DNA of 63,349 nt, filler included, from Asterionella formosa (taxonomy: Eukaryota): the NCBI GenBank assembly GCA_002256025.1. It is 7 parts of 7 records of this genome, joined end to end, with 100 filler letters (N's around TTAATTAATTAA, not from the genome) between each part and the next. Parts side by side here need not be neighbours in the genome. Positions count along the whole stretch, not along the records: positions 19,426 to 38,746 come from NKIB01003729.1; 6 more parts are not named here. One strand, 5' to 3'. The position numbers were made by a program, and so were the translations under genes. The notes under the pieces are model-generated. The model had not been told where the DNA came from and ran no database searches. It saw only the letters and a program-made list of their open reading frames with translations. Numbering within the stretch: the stretch's first letter is position 1; each line of letters begins with the position of its first letter. Positions 22,054-32,941 of this stretch are shown one piece after another.

Positions 22054-23163
22054 ATGGCCCCTAAAGAAGCAGCATCTCCCGCCAAACTCGTAAGTTGAAT
22101 AACCATTCCTCGTCGAGCTTGTTCCATCGATCCACTGCGAACGAAAAGCAGGAATAGAATCGGGGAATCGGCGAATCCATTCCGATCTAATGAACTCATG
22201 TAAACTGTTTCCTCGCGGCAGGCCGGTTTGGTCGTACTCTGGTATTTCGGCAACACTGTCTACAATGTCTACAACAAGCAAGCAGCCAATATGATCCATG
22301 CCCATTGGTTCTTGGCCTCGGTTCAGTTGATTGTCGGCATCGTCTTGTCGCTTGTCATGTGGGGAACTGGACTTCGCAAGACGCCCAACCTTACTGCCGC
22401 TGATATCGCTTCCTGCATCCCTATCGGTCTCTTTGCTGCGCTCGCACACTGCGGATCCGTTCTGGCCTCCGCTGTCGGCGCGGTCAGCTTTGCTCAGATC
22501 GTCAAGGCTTGTGAGCCCGTCTTTGCCGCCGTGGTCGGACTTCTTGTCCCGCCAATGGATGTTAAGCCGTTCCTTGCGTACGTGATGCTTATTCCTATTG
22601 TCGGTGGGGTTGGGCTGGCATGTATCAAGGAAGGAAAGGGGGTTGACATTAACATGGAAGCCTTTGCCTTCGCTTCCATGGCAAACGCTGCTGCCGCATT
22701 GAAGGGAAAGCTAGGATCGTCCGTCACCAAGGCGTTGCACGCTGAGCCATCCAAGAATATGGATGCTGCCAACGTATACGGTGTTATGAACATTATCTCC
22801 TTCTTCTGCACTATCCCTTTTGTGGTCATCACGGAGCTTCCTACTCTCCAGTCCGAGTGGGACGCTGCCGTTGCCCAGCACGGGTTCAACGCCCTGGTGA
22901 AGAACATTGTCCTTTCTGGATTCTTTTTCTACTTTTACAACGAAGTGGCATTCGCGTTCACTGCCCACGTCGGAGCCGTCACTTCCTCAGTCCTCAACAC
23001 GGCGAAGCGTGTGATTATCATTGTTGTTTCGTCAATCATTTTTTCAGAAGCAATGGAGCGCAATACCGTCGTTGGATCTGCCATTGCGATTGGAGGAACG
23101 TTTGCGTACTCGCTTACCTCGGGTGGCCATGGCCATGCGGCACCCAAGAAGAAGGCCGAGTAA
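22054..23163 (+). CDS. TPT family protein, copy 2; exons 22054-22089 and 22222-23163
   Basis: Same motifs as copy 1. GTAAGT...CAG intron 22090-22221 at the same position (after codon 12, phase 0). Confidence 0.92.
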
Positions 23164-23263
23164 ATTGTCATTTCTTGAAATTATACACCTCATGTCATGG
23201 GACACAAGTTTTCTATTAATCGATTTCCTATACTATATTTATTAATTACCTCAAGTTTTTGTT

Positions 23264-24178
23264 TCATTTATTCATTATATCCTCAAGGTACTCTCTTGTT
23301 ATCTTAACGTTGTCAAACGTTGTACCAGTATTACCGGTAGCTTGCTTCGAGAGGCCATCTGCCAGCTTTTGTAGTTTTGCCGAAAACTCCGACTGGAACA
23401 GACATTGGCATTTCTTCTCGGAACAACCATTCGCATCGGCCTTTCGTTTCTTAGTCCAGCCATCATGATTATTCTCATCTAAACGTGACAAACATGGCAT
23501 CGGCACAACGTCTCCCTTGGTTATGTACGTTGCTACATCAAAGATTTCGGCCGACGCCGACTCGTCAGGAATTCGCATTCGAAAGGTTGCATCTTGACCA
23601 ATAGCTTCAGCAACATTCACTTCCATGGTATGTATCCCTCGCTGAAGTAAATACGCAGCATTTAAACCGTTCAATATCTTTCCCCATATGTAAATCGCCA
23701 GTTCTTCGGTGGTCGCATGAGCTATGGGTAGCATGGCACAATCGCTTTTGGGAAATGTGAAATAGGACCCATCTTCACAAGAAAGATGGATCGAGACTTG
23801 TTCCCCAGGTGCAGTGGCTTCGTTGTCGTCATCATGATGAGGATGTTGCTCAGTGATCTTGATAACATTGGAAAGAGTTGGACATAAAAAGTGTTCATTG
23901 AGATCTTTACAAACCTTCTTGGTGACTCCTTTCACTTCACCAAAGTCAATCAAGTAGCCATCAGCTCCGATGGTCCGACTTCCCAACAGTCGAACACCAA
24001 CTTTGTAATTGTGACCATGAAGGCGCTCTCGAAAGCCTTTAAAGGCAACAAAGTGAGCAGCGTTGAATTTGAACGTGTCGTTGGAGACATGGACTTCAAA
24101 CGTTGTTGTTGGTGGTGGTGAATTATTGTTATTATTGTTGTTAGCTAACAACAATGATGCACTAATTGTGTTGGCCAT
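23264..24178 (-). CDS. 6-pyruvoyl-tetrahydropterin synthase family protein, PTPS-III type (Glu motif)
   Basis: FNAAHF, ERLHGHNY, G.LIDFGEVK, TTEELA and terminal V.EAIGQ T-fold motifs; Glu rather than Cys before HGH. Confidence 0.88.
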   Translation of the reverse strand: MANTISASLLLANNNNNNNSPPPTTTFEVHVSNDTFKFNAAHFVAFKGFRERLHGHNYKVGVRLLGSRTIGADGYLIDFGEVKGVTKKVCKDLNEHFLCPTLSNVIKITEQHPHHDDDNEATAPGEQVSIHLSCEDGSYFTFPKSDCAMLPIAHATTEELAIYIWGKILNGLNAAYLLQRGIHTMEVNVAEAIGQDATFRMRIPDESASAEIFDVATYITKGDVVPMPCLSRLDENNHDGWTKKRKADANGCSEKKCQCLFQSEFSAKLQKLADGLSKQATGNTGTTFDNVKITREYLEDIMNK

Positions 24179-25293
24179 TTTAGATACTTATTGGGGTAGG
24201 TGAAGGAGTTGCAACTAATAGGTCGCACACCGCTTACCGGCATACCAATACTCTACACATACCGCTATATCTTTTAACAAATCGCTGATGTTGTCTCATA
24301 ACATATAGAAAGTCATGGCATCATGGCTGATTACCGGTAATGAGGGGACGATATCAAATGTTGTGAAGGGAAATGGCACCCGGTGGTAGGAAACAAGCAG
24401 CGAAGAAGAAGCACCACAGCAGCTGTCTATGGTTGAGGATGAGCGAAGATGTGGCTGATGATGAGGTGGTCTATGGCAATACAGATCATCAGCATGATCA
24501 TGACAATTATGGCTTCTTTTAATGCTTGATGTGACGGCCAGGAGAAGGTTTAGGGAAACGAAGCAAGCGAAGAAGCAAGTACTCCTCAGCCAAGGTTGAA
24601 AGTATACCAGCTTTTACTCTACCTTGACCTGGTACCTACCGTACTCGACAACCTGCCAGTTGCCGTATTTGTGCTGTGACTAAAACGTTTAGCTATCTTT
24701 ATCCAACATTAAATGTTAAGCTAAATGACCGCAACTAGCTTGTAGATGGTTCACCAGGGTACTCTACTCCACCTGCCAAGCGAATCAGATGACGAAGTGT
24801 ATGTATCCCTTCGGCACTTCACATATTTTGCATACATAGTACATAAAAGGTGACAACACCCCCGTATGTTATGTACTGTAGAGTGATGACCAGAGTTGTG
24901 ACAAAGTGACGAGTCCCGCCCTTCCTGTCGACGTCATCATAACAAATACCGGTACTCAACGACAAGCCTGCTGCCTTGGCTGTTGCTTGGGTACAGAGGG
25001 GATGCTAATTCGCATTTCGCTTGATCGTCTCTGTGCGGAATATTTAATATACTTCCACTAGGAGTAAAGTGACTCGTTGTGGCCTGACGGACAGACGAAT
25101 GAATCCTGGCGTATCTTGAACAAAAGTTCAACTTTCCACTTCGTATAATCGAGCGAAGCACATTTGGTGATTTCTTCCGATTTGCGAAACAAGTCGGCCG
25201 TTCCCCTTGCTCCCGTTCCCTTTGTTTGCATCCACCCTCGCTATCAATATTAGTTGGCGTCATCTTATTTACACACTCATAGAATCAGAAACA

Positions 25294-26490
25294 ATGGTCA
25301 AGATTTCTTCCCTAGCTGTCCTCGCCCTAGCGGCGGGCGCAGACGCCTTTTCGCTCAAGCCAAGCCTCATTTCCAAAACTACTGTGAAGCAATCGACATT
25401 CGATCAAACAGAGTCAGTCATGACCGCCACTGCTACGACCAAGCTTTCAGGTGTGCAGGCGCGTCAAAAGATTCTCAAGGAGCCTGAGCTCTGGGAGTAT
25501 AACTTTGGCCTTCAGGATCCGGGCATTGCCCTTCCCCATGGCATTCAAAAGGACGTGACGCCTCCGGAAACCTACACAATCACGGAGGAACAAATCAGAA
25601 CCTTGGAGAGAGATGGTGTTGTTCACATCAAGGGAGTCTTTGATGACGATTGGGTGGACTATCTCCGCAAGGCAACTGCCTACCAAGTCGACCAACCGCA
25701 CTTTTGGGCTTTCGCTGGAACGGCATCCAAACTGTACGATTACATTCAACGAAATGTCTGGCAAACCAATCGATCCTTCGCCAGCTTCTACTACCATTCC
25801 GCCATGGGACACGTACTTGCTCAGTGTGGACGAACAGATGAGATTCGTGTCTCAACAGATCTTTTGATGGTCAACCCAAACAAAGGATTCAAGTGGCACC
25901 AAGACAACCAAAACGGACCCATTACATGGGAAGAAGGTCTCAGATTCTGGATTACCATGGACGAGACCCCCAAGGAATACGGGGCGCCGGTTTATCTGAA
26001 AGGATCCCATCGAAACGAGGTTGTTGACGAGCTTGCCGTCTTTGTCGATATTGAGCAGGCTGGGCTCGAGAGCTACAAGAAGGAGCTTCTGGAATTTCGC
26101 ACCATGCCTGGTGATATGCTCATTTGGCACCCACGAACCATCCACAAGGTCGATGGACCTGCGGATGGAATCTGGACCACCTACCGAAGAGTCTTGGGTG
26201 GTACAGTTGCCAAGGGTGGAGCCATGTACCACGACAAGCGCGGAAGCGGAGGAGTACTTTCCGATTTGGGGAAGCATTCCATGGTTGATGGGGACAAATT
26301 ACAGTCTCCATTCTTCCCTATTGTATACCCAAGGTTTGACAAGAATGAAGCTGCAGCAAGAGACGCAGGCAGAGTTGGGCGATCACCTATGGATATTGTA
26401 ACAAAAATTGGGGGATTGGCTGGCAAGGCCTCAGGTGACAAATTCAGCTCTTTCTTCAAGGTTCTCGGAAGTCGTGAGGAAAAATCATAA
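25294..26490 (+). CDS. PhyH-family Fe(II)/2-oxoglutarate dioxygenase with a predicted bipartite plastid presequence
   Basis: MVKISSLAVLALAAGADA-FSL; ERDGVVHIKGVF, WHQD (HxD), RFWITMD, KGSHR, PGDMLIWHPRTIH, RR. Confidence 0.85.
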   Translation: MVKISSLAVLALAAGADAFSLKPSLISKTTVKQSTFDQTESVMTATATTKLSGVQARQKILKEPELWEYNFGLQDPGIALPHGIQKDVTPPETYTITEEQIRTLERDGVVHIKGVFDDDWVDYLRKATAYQVDQPHFWAFAGTASKLYDYIQRNVWQTNRSFASFYYHSAMGHVLAQCGRTDEIRVSTDLLMVNPNKGFKWHQDNQNGPITWEEGLRFWITMDETPKEYGAPVYLKGSHRNEVVDELAVFVDIEQAGLESYKKELLEFRTMPGDMLIWHPRTIHKVDGPADGIWTTYRRVLGGTVAKGGAMYHDKRGSGGVLSDLGKHSMVDGDKLQSPFFPIVYPRFDKNEAAARDAGRVGRSPMDIVTKIGGLAGKASGDKFSSFFKVLGSREEKS

Positions 26491-26784
26491 TGATCAAGCG
26501 CTTTCTCACACATCAGGTATACCTATTTTGCCCTTGATGTGAGACATACTGGTGAACTCTGCGTGCATCGTTTCTACCACCGTGCACATCACAGCTAGGA
26601 AAGCAGCAAAGCAAACCCATCAGTCAACAATGTCCCAGTAGTTGGCGAAAATTAAGCTACTGATGTAATCTTACACATAATAACCATAACAGTTACACAA
26701 AAAGGATGCAAGCGCTTAATTACTGATCCAAAAATTTGATGCCCTGGATTATAGTTAGATAACGAGCTTCGATAATGATGCATC

Positions 26785-29700
26785 TTAAGAGGTGGTTGGA
26801 AAACATGGATCGGCTGGTGGCACAGCCGCTTGTTGCTTCCATTCTTCCATCATGTTATTACAAAAGGCCATTTTGCTGACCGCTTCCCATGTAAGGGTGC
26901 TGATTTCGTCGTCAGGAAGTGGATTGCCTGCCAACATACAATGAGAATGCAACACCATAATTGCATTCCGCAAGTGCTCAGTGGCTAGTTCCTTCAAAGT
27001 GAGACTAAGTTTTTCTGGTGACATTTCCCTTCCACCTTCCTCGTAGCTTTCGGGGACTGGCTCGGAAAGAAGAGGCTCCATCACCTTGAGCAACGATCTC
27101 CAAACAGAAAGCAAATCGGCTTGGGATTTGAGAATATTGTTGAGATGATGAAGCAGCGGCTTAAAAATTAAACTTGTGCACTGTTCAAACTCAATCATAA
27201 TCTCTTCTGTGTGACTAAGCATCCTGCTTTCGTCAAGAAGGAGAACTGTGATGCGTTTTCCAGCTAATGGTATGCAAATGCTTGGAAGCACCCTGCAAAC
27301 TGTTTCCGCTGGCAGTGAGCTTCCGTGCTTGTCAAGAAAAGCGTCAGTAAGAATTGAGAGTGCATGTTGACGGACGTTCTGTTGCCATGAGGCGAAATAA
27401 AAATTGATGTCAGATAAAATCAATCAAAACACGTTGTATAAGCTCTTAAATCAGTCGCGAATCTTACCGGATCGGAGCTGTGCCTTACAGCATCAGCTAT
27501 ACCTTCTAGAACAGGAATCCAGCAATCTACCCACAAATCTCCGTCGCTCCCAAGAGGACGCTTGATTGTCGTTCCAGTGTCCGATGCCTTGGTGATCAAG
27601 ATTTCAAGGCGATCGTGCAAAACATGCAGCAAGTCTAGAGCTGCCATACATAGCTTTGCGCAATTTCCTTTCTCCCCTGACACTATTAATGCTTTGATGC
27701 TCTGCGTGACAGTGAAGGGAACAGCGGTTTGCAATTCTCTGGTGTGAAGCATGAGATGAATCGATCGATACGCTTGCAGGGCTGGATCATCCTCTGACAA
27801 ACCCGATGGGCCACCGTTACCTTGATGTGCAAGTGCCTTTCCTCCTCTGGTGGCGCACCATTCCGCAAGACCCAAAAGTCCACCCCAACCATCGACATTC
27901 AATTGAGACAACCCGTCCGTATTACGACAAATTCTCCAGAGTCCTTCGCCAATGTGTTTGTCAAGGCCTTCTAGTTGAGGTGCTTGAGTTCGATTATTTG
28001 CACTCGAAGGATACAAAAGCGACAACGAACCAAGCACTTCATTTGCAACTGCCTCTCTTGTTACGGCGCAAGCGGAAATACGAAGGAGACCGGTAACGCA
28101 TTTTTCGATTCCCGGCGAAGTGAGCACTTTCCCACCAGTTTCATCTTGAATTGTCCACGCTGTCAGCCTCTTCGTATAGTGATACTTCAACCTGGAGTTC
28201 CAAAGGTATCCGAGCCTATCTTTATTCTTCACTGCTATTTCACAAATTAGCACCTCGGCCATTGCCTCCGACGCAGGGCTCAAAGGAAACGGCAATTGAT
28301 CTTCAGAAGAATGATCACCGGCTGCATTTTCCCTACTGTCTTTCCGACACGCACTGTTGATAACTTCAACAAGAGCTGTCATGAGATCGGTGATTGCGAG
28401 GGTATCCATGAACCTACTCTCGGAAAAAAGCCCAGCAAAATCGCATGATCTTATCAAGCGTTTTCGTACTCGGGCTCTGGGGGAGAGTTGATATTGACGC
28501 GTATCTTCCGCACGCTCAAGCCCAGTAACCGGAGCTTCAGTTTGGCGATGGATTAACATATCTTCATGAATGAGCTGACTTTCAAATTTTGATCCAACAC
28601 TAGCAAATCGAGTCATCATGGAACGTTCTTTCACTGTAATGTCAAATACCAGCAACGATTCGTCATCCTCGCCTTCGTCACATCCATCGTCTTCGTCGTC
28701 GCTCGGAGCCAACTCATTCCATATTAACATATCCTCTTTGCCATGTGGAGTCGGACGAGTCTCCTTGCTTTCGATACCTCCACTTTCGAGTTGTCGTCCT
28801 CCTTGGTCTGATTCAATACGTTCAGGCGAACCAAAGAGAGCACGACCCAATCCTTGAAGGAAGCCGTTCTTCTGCGTACGGGAGACAGTCGTTCCCCTAC
28901 CCGCATCGCCTTTCAACAAACGCATTGTCCAGTCCCGTCGTTCGCTATCGGAAAGCAAATCGGCTTCAGACTCTATAAGAATGCTTCGTCGTTTGTTGGC
29001 TCGTCCACCTCCAAGCATCTTGAGGTCCCTGAGTTCAAATATGATTCTGCAGACATTTTTCCAGCCATCAACTCCAATTTCATCTCCTACATCACGGGAT
29101 GTCTGCATTACAACAATGACGGCACTCTGTGCTTCAACAGAACAAACAAATGAAGATAGACGATCAACAGCATCCGAAATGTAGTTATCAACAAGGCCGG
29201 TATATCGACAGAGACAACAAAAGCTTTCCCGGAAAATGTCGATGCGTCCAAGACTACGGATTCCAGCAATCAGCTCCAAAGCAAGATCCATACCCAACCG
29301 TGCCCCTTGAGCGCCCAACATACCATTTGGAAAATTTTCAGTACCTTGTAATGTACCAGGAAAATAGATGTCGCCTGCGCGGACCACTCCCCAAAAAGCT
29401 CCGATGGCGGATATGATAGGCTTCCAGGTGTTTTCCACGATCAATTCCTTGAGATCATCTAAATCGATGTTGCTTGGCTCGGCCATGAGTGGAGTCACAG
29501 ATTCAAGAGTGGAACCTCGTAAAACATCCTTCCATCGCTCTACTGTCATGTGACCTTCTGCTCCATCCGCCAGTGTCTTGATTTCTTCCTCTTTGATGCT
29601 TTCATAAATAGAGGTAAGAAATGCTCGCGGAAACTCTTTTCCTTTGTCAGTTATATCGGCTCCATAATCTGTATTGTTTCGAATAAATGCGTCCAAGCTC

Positions 29701-32075
29701 ATTTTCCTGTCCTCTCGGATGTGCTTGTTGTGAAGGTCAGTATTCAACATTATAATACTAAACGCAAGCAAAAAGGCAGCATCGCCTGCTCTCTTGGGGT
29801 CGTCCGAAAAGACTTTCAGCCGAATATTTTCTTCGCACAACTGCCCACAACTGTCCGCAAACGCTTGAATTGTGCGATCAATCTGTTGACTTTCTCCTGG
29901 CAATCGGAAGGCGGCTAAAAACATGCGTAAACCATCCAAAAGTGACTGCTTCTCAAATTTGAATAGTGAACAATAGGTTGCCAATACTTCCTTGTGAAAC
30001 CAATCTCGCTCCCATGAAGGGGGAGACTTGCCAGCTACTGGCGACTTTCCTAATTCACCAAGGTAGGCTCCAACTGCCTCTTTATCAAGTCCAAGTACAA
30101 GACCATTCCGCAAAAACGTTGCAACAGCGAGAGGCGTAACGGGTTCCGAAATCAAACCCGACGTGACCATAAAAGCAATTCCATTGCTAGCTTTTTCATT
30201 GAAGAGTTTTGCAGCCTTACGCATAAGTCGTTTCTTGGACTTGATTGTTCGGTGAGAAAGTTTGCCAGTCTCACCGATGCCGCATGAGGCGTTGCTGTTA
30301 TTTTTTCCACTACCAGCATCCATTTGTACTGGTGTGTCCATTTCACATGGAAGTTGTTCTGAATCCGAAATCAACGATGATCGACGTCGAGCACGTTTGG
30401 CCACCATATCGTTGGAAGCATATTCTTCCTTGAACAAGGATTTTATCGCCGCAACAAGCGATTCCGCACATAGTTCTTTGAGATGAGGAGGAACAGGACG
30501 CCAGGTGGGTCCTTCTCCTTGAGGGTTAGAGGTTGGGTCCAATTGAACATTTCCTTCATGGTCAACGACCCCACCGCAAGCCCGACATAACTCCATCACA
30601 AGGTGTTCGGCAACGTCACAGCGCGACAGGTGACAGTCGAAGGTGGAATATAGCGTTTCCAGCGCACATGATCCGTTTTCACGTTCGTGCATATATAGCA
30701 AGTCCGTTAGACTCTCGAGTATAATTTCCAACTCGGCGTCAAAGAGAAGATTTTCGTGGAACATAGCACTGTCAATGGGAATAGGCCTTTTGCGAAGTAA
30801 CACAAGTGAACGTTGGTAAAATCCAGTAAAAATAGTTTCGAATTGTTGTACCAGTAGTTTTCTAAGTGTGGTCGTGTTCCAAAGTGTACAAATAGTTCCA
30901 CAGATCTCCGATAGCACTTCAACAGAAATGAACCCAGGATCATAAGCCCAAATCGCCTGGCCGGTCATTAATAGAGAAAGACATAAATCGTCTTGAATAA
31001 TTCGTAGCAACGATCGTTCCTCCGGATGTAACTCAAGATCTTCCTTTGTCACCACTACTGGCTTATCCTTCCATCCAGCCCTCAAACAACATCTCGTCAA
31101 TCGTAAACACAAGACTCTTGTTGCATCATGAGCCATCTGTGCTTCTCTTGCTGCCTCATCCAAGGCTTCACCTCCTGTCAATGGCGTGTGCAATAGCTGA
31201 TTGACCAGAAATTCCAATATAACGCGTGCCGCATGCTCATCCTCCTGAATGTTTGAAAACACCGCAGTCACCATGCTACTCAAGACATCTTCAAAGTGAT
31301 AGCACAATGCCGGTGAATGAACGAACGTATTCCGCGTGACAAAAACAGTATTGAAAGCGTCCATCAAAGTCGCCGGATGAATTAACGATGTATCAATCTG
31401 AAACACCAACGCCAACAAGTCCGCGATTGCCATTTCAACGGCTTCGTCGGCGCCAGCATCTGTTTGTTCAAACTTACATGTCAAGACACCTCGCATCAGC
31501 GACTCAAAGTTGAAGACGAATTTGTGAGTGTCGCAAGACGACGTGCAAAGAGATCCTCGAGCCACCATGCGAAATAGTGCTCGTAGCGCCACCAACGTGT
31601 GAGGGCCTGCAGCTCTCGGGTCCATGACTACGGCCAAGAAGGGACGAGCGAATTGACCGACTTCCTGCGGATGCCGTTGTGGTGCAGGAGGCATCACAGG
31701 AAACAGCGGTCCGTATCCGTGTTTGCCGACAAAGTTACATGTTTTACTAACGGGTTTTGGACTGTCTTCAACAGTCGGGTGTTGCACCATGACCGCATCT
31801 TCCATTATCTGTCCTACATCAGGAGGTTCCGCATGCGCTGGTGAGCGCTCTTCTTCATTTTGCGAGGCGTTACCGTCAGCAGTCTGATCTAAGGTCGCCT
31901 TGACAACGAGTCGAAGGTCCATCAAGTCCTGCGCCAATTCGCCACGTGCCACCGCGAGAGGACCCCCGCGAAGGGAAGTCAGAACGACGCGGGCTTCCTG
32001 GCAAATGTGTCTTGCTGCTTCCAGCGCAGTTGGCTTCCCCTGTGGCGCTGCCGAGAGAGACGACAGAGTTGCCAT
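26785..32075 (-). CDS. Large Sec7-domain ARF-GEF, GBF1/GNOM/Gea-like; exons 32075-27468 and 27378-26785
   Basis: DCB-like CKFEQTD..ADEAV, HUS-box-like FDCHLSRCDV, Sec7 FRLPGESQQIDR with the catalytic Glu and SIIMLNTDLHN. An 89-nt GTAAGA...CAG intron (27467-27379) joins DP|NVRQHAL. Confidence 0.92.
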
Positions 32076-32941
32076 GGGAGGGGTATTATTATTGTATGAT
32101 AACGCTTTGCAAAGATACAGTTCTAATAACAATAGGCAGCTAGCAACATCTTTGCTAGCTATCTGAAAATATGATTACTGGTAGGGTATTTCCTTGCCTT
32201 TCACATCGGAACAACTTTCAAACTAGGGTTCTACGACGACTTGTCAATCGCTCGTCAGTACAAAAAGAAGCCAGAAAAATCGATACGTATCCAGCAGAGT
32301 CCAAAATGTCTGTGCCTGTGGTACCTGGTACCAGTACCAGAAAGCCAGTAAGCACTCCGACACATCGAGGAAGCACCCAGCGAGCGATTGTTTCATACGT
32401 TTGTCGGTGGGTTTGCTGAATCCGAACGAAAAGACGTATCCAATGATGTTCCCATGCATCCACACTCGGATGTCTCTACGTACCGTTACTTTGTACGGTA
32501 CCAAGTACAGTACCTGGTACGGTACAGCCACCAGGTAGCTTGGGACGGGCGGGCTGAGGACATGGCCTAGAGCGCGCCAATTTTTTAGCCATCATGATCT
32601 TGATCACCTCTATCAATTACATACCGGTGCCGTAGTATGTACTAGACCACGGCACCACCCTAGTACCAGTACCGTAGTCTACCGGCATGCTTCTACATGT
32701 ACAGTTAGTTACACACGCTAACTGAAATTATGAGTTTCACTTTTGCAGAACATTGTCGACTTGCCATTACAGAATCATCGTTCATCCTTTATCTATTCCA
32801 TTTGAGTCTCTCAATCGCCGCTTTACACTCACCGACATTTATCACAGCATAGTACATTATCGCTTTTTATAGATATCCAAAGTTATCAGACATCCACAAT
32901 TGTCGTCCCCTTCCATCTCGGCGGCAAATTTCAAAACAACC

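Noticed and set aside
23264..26490. PTPS plus PhyH dioxygenase as a pterin or deazapurine biosynthetic cluster
   Set aside because: Different predicted compartments, no other pathway genes nearby, housekeeping neighbours.
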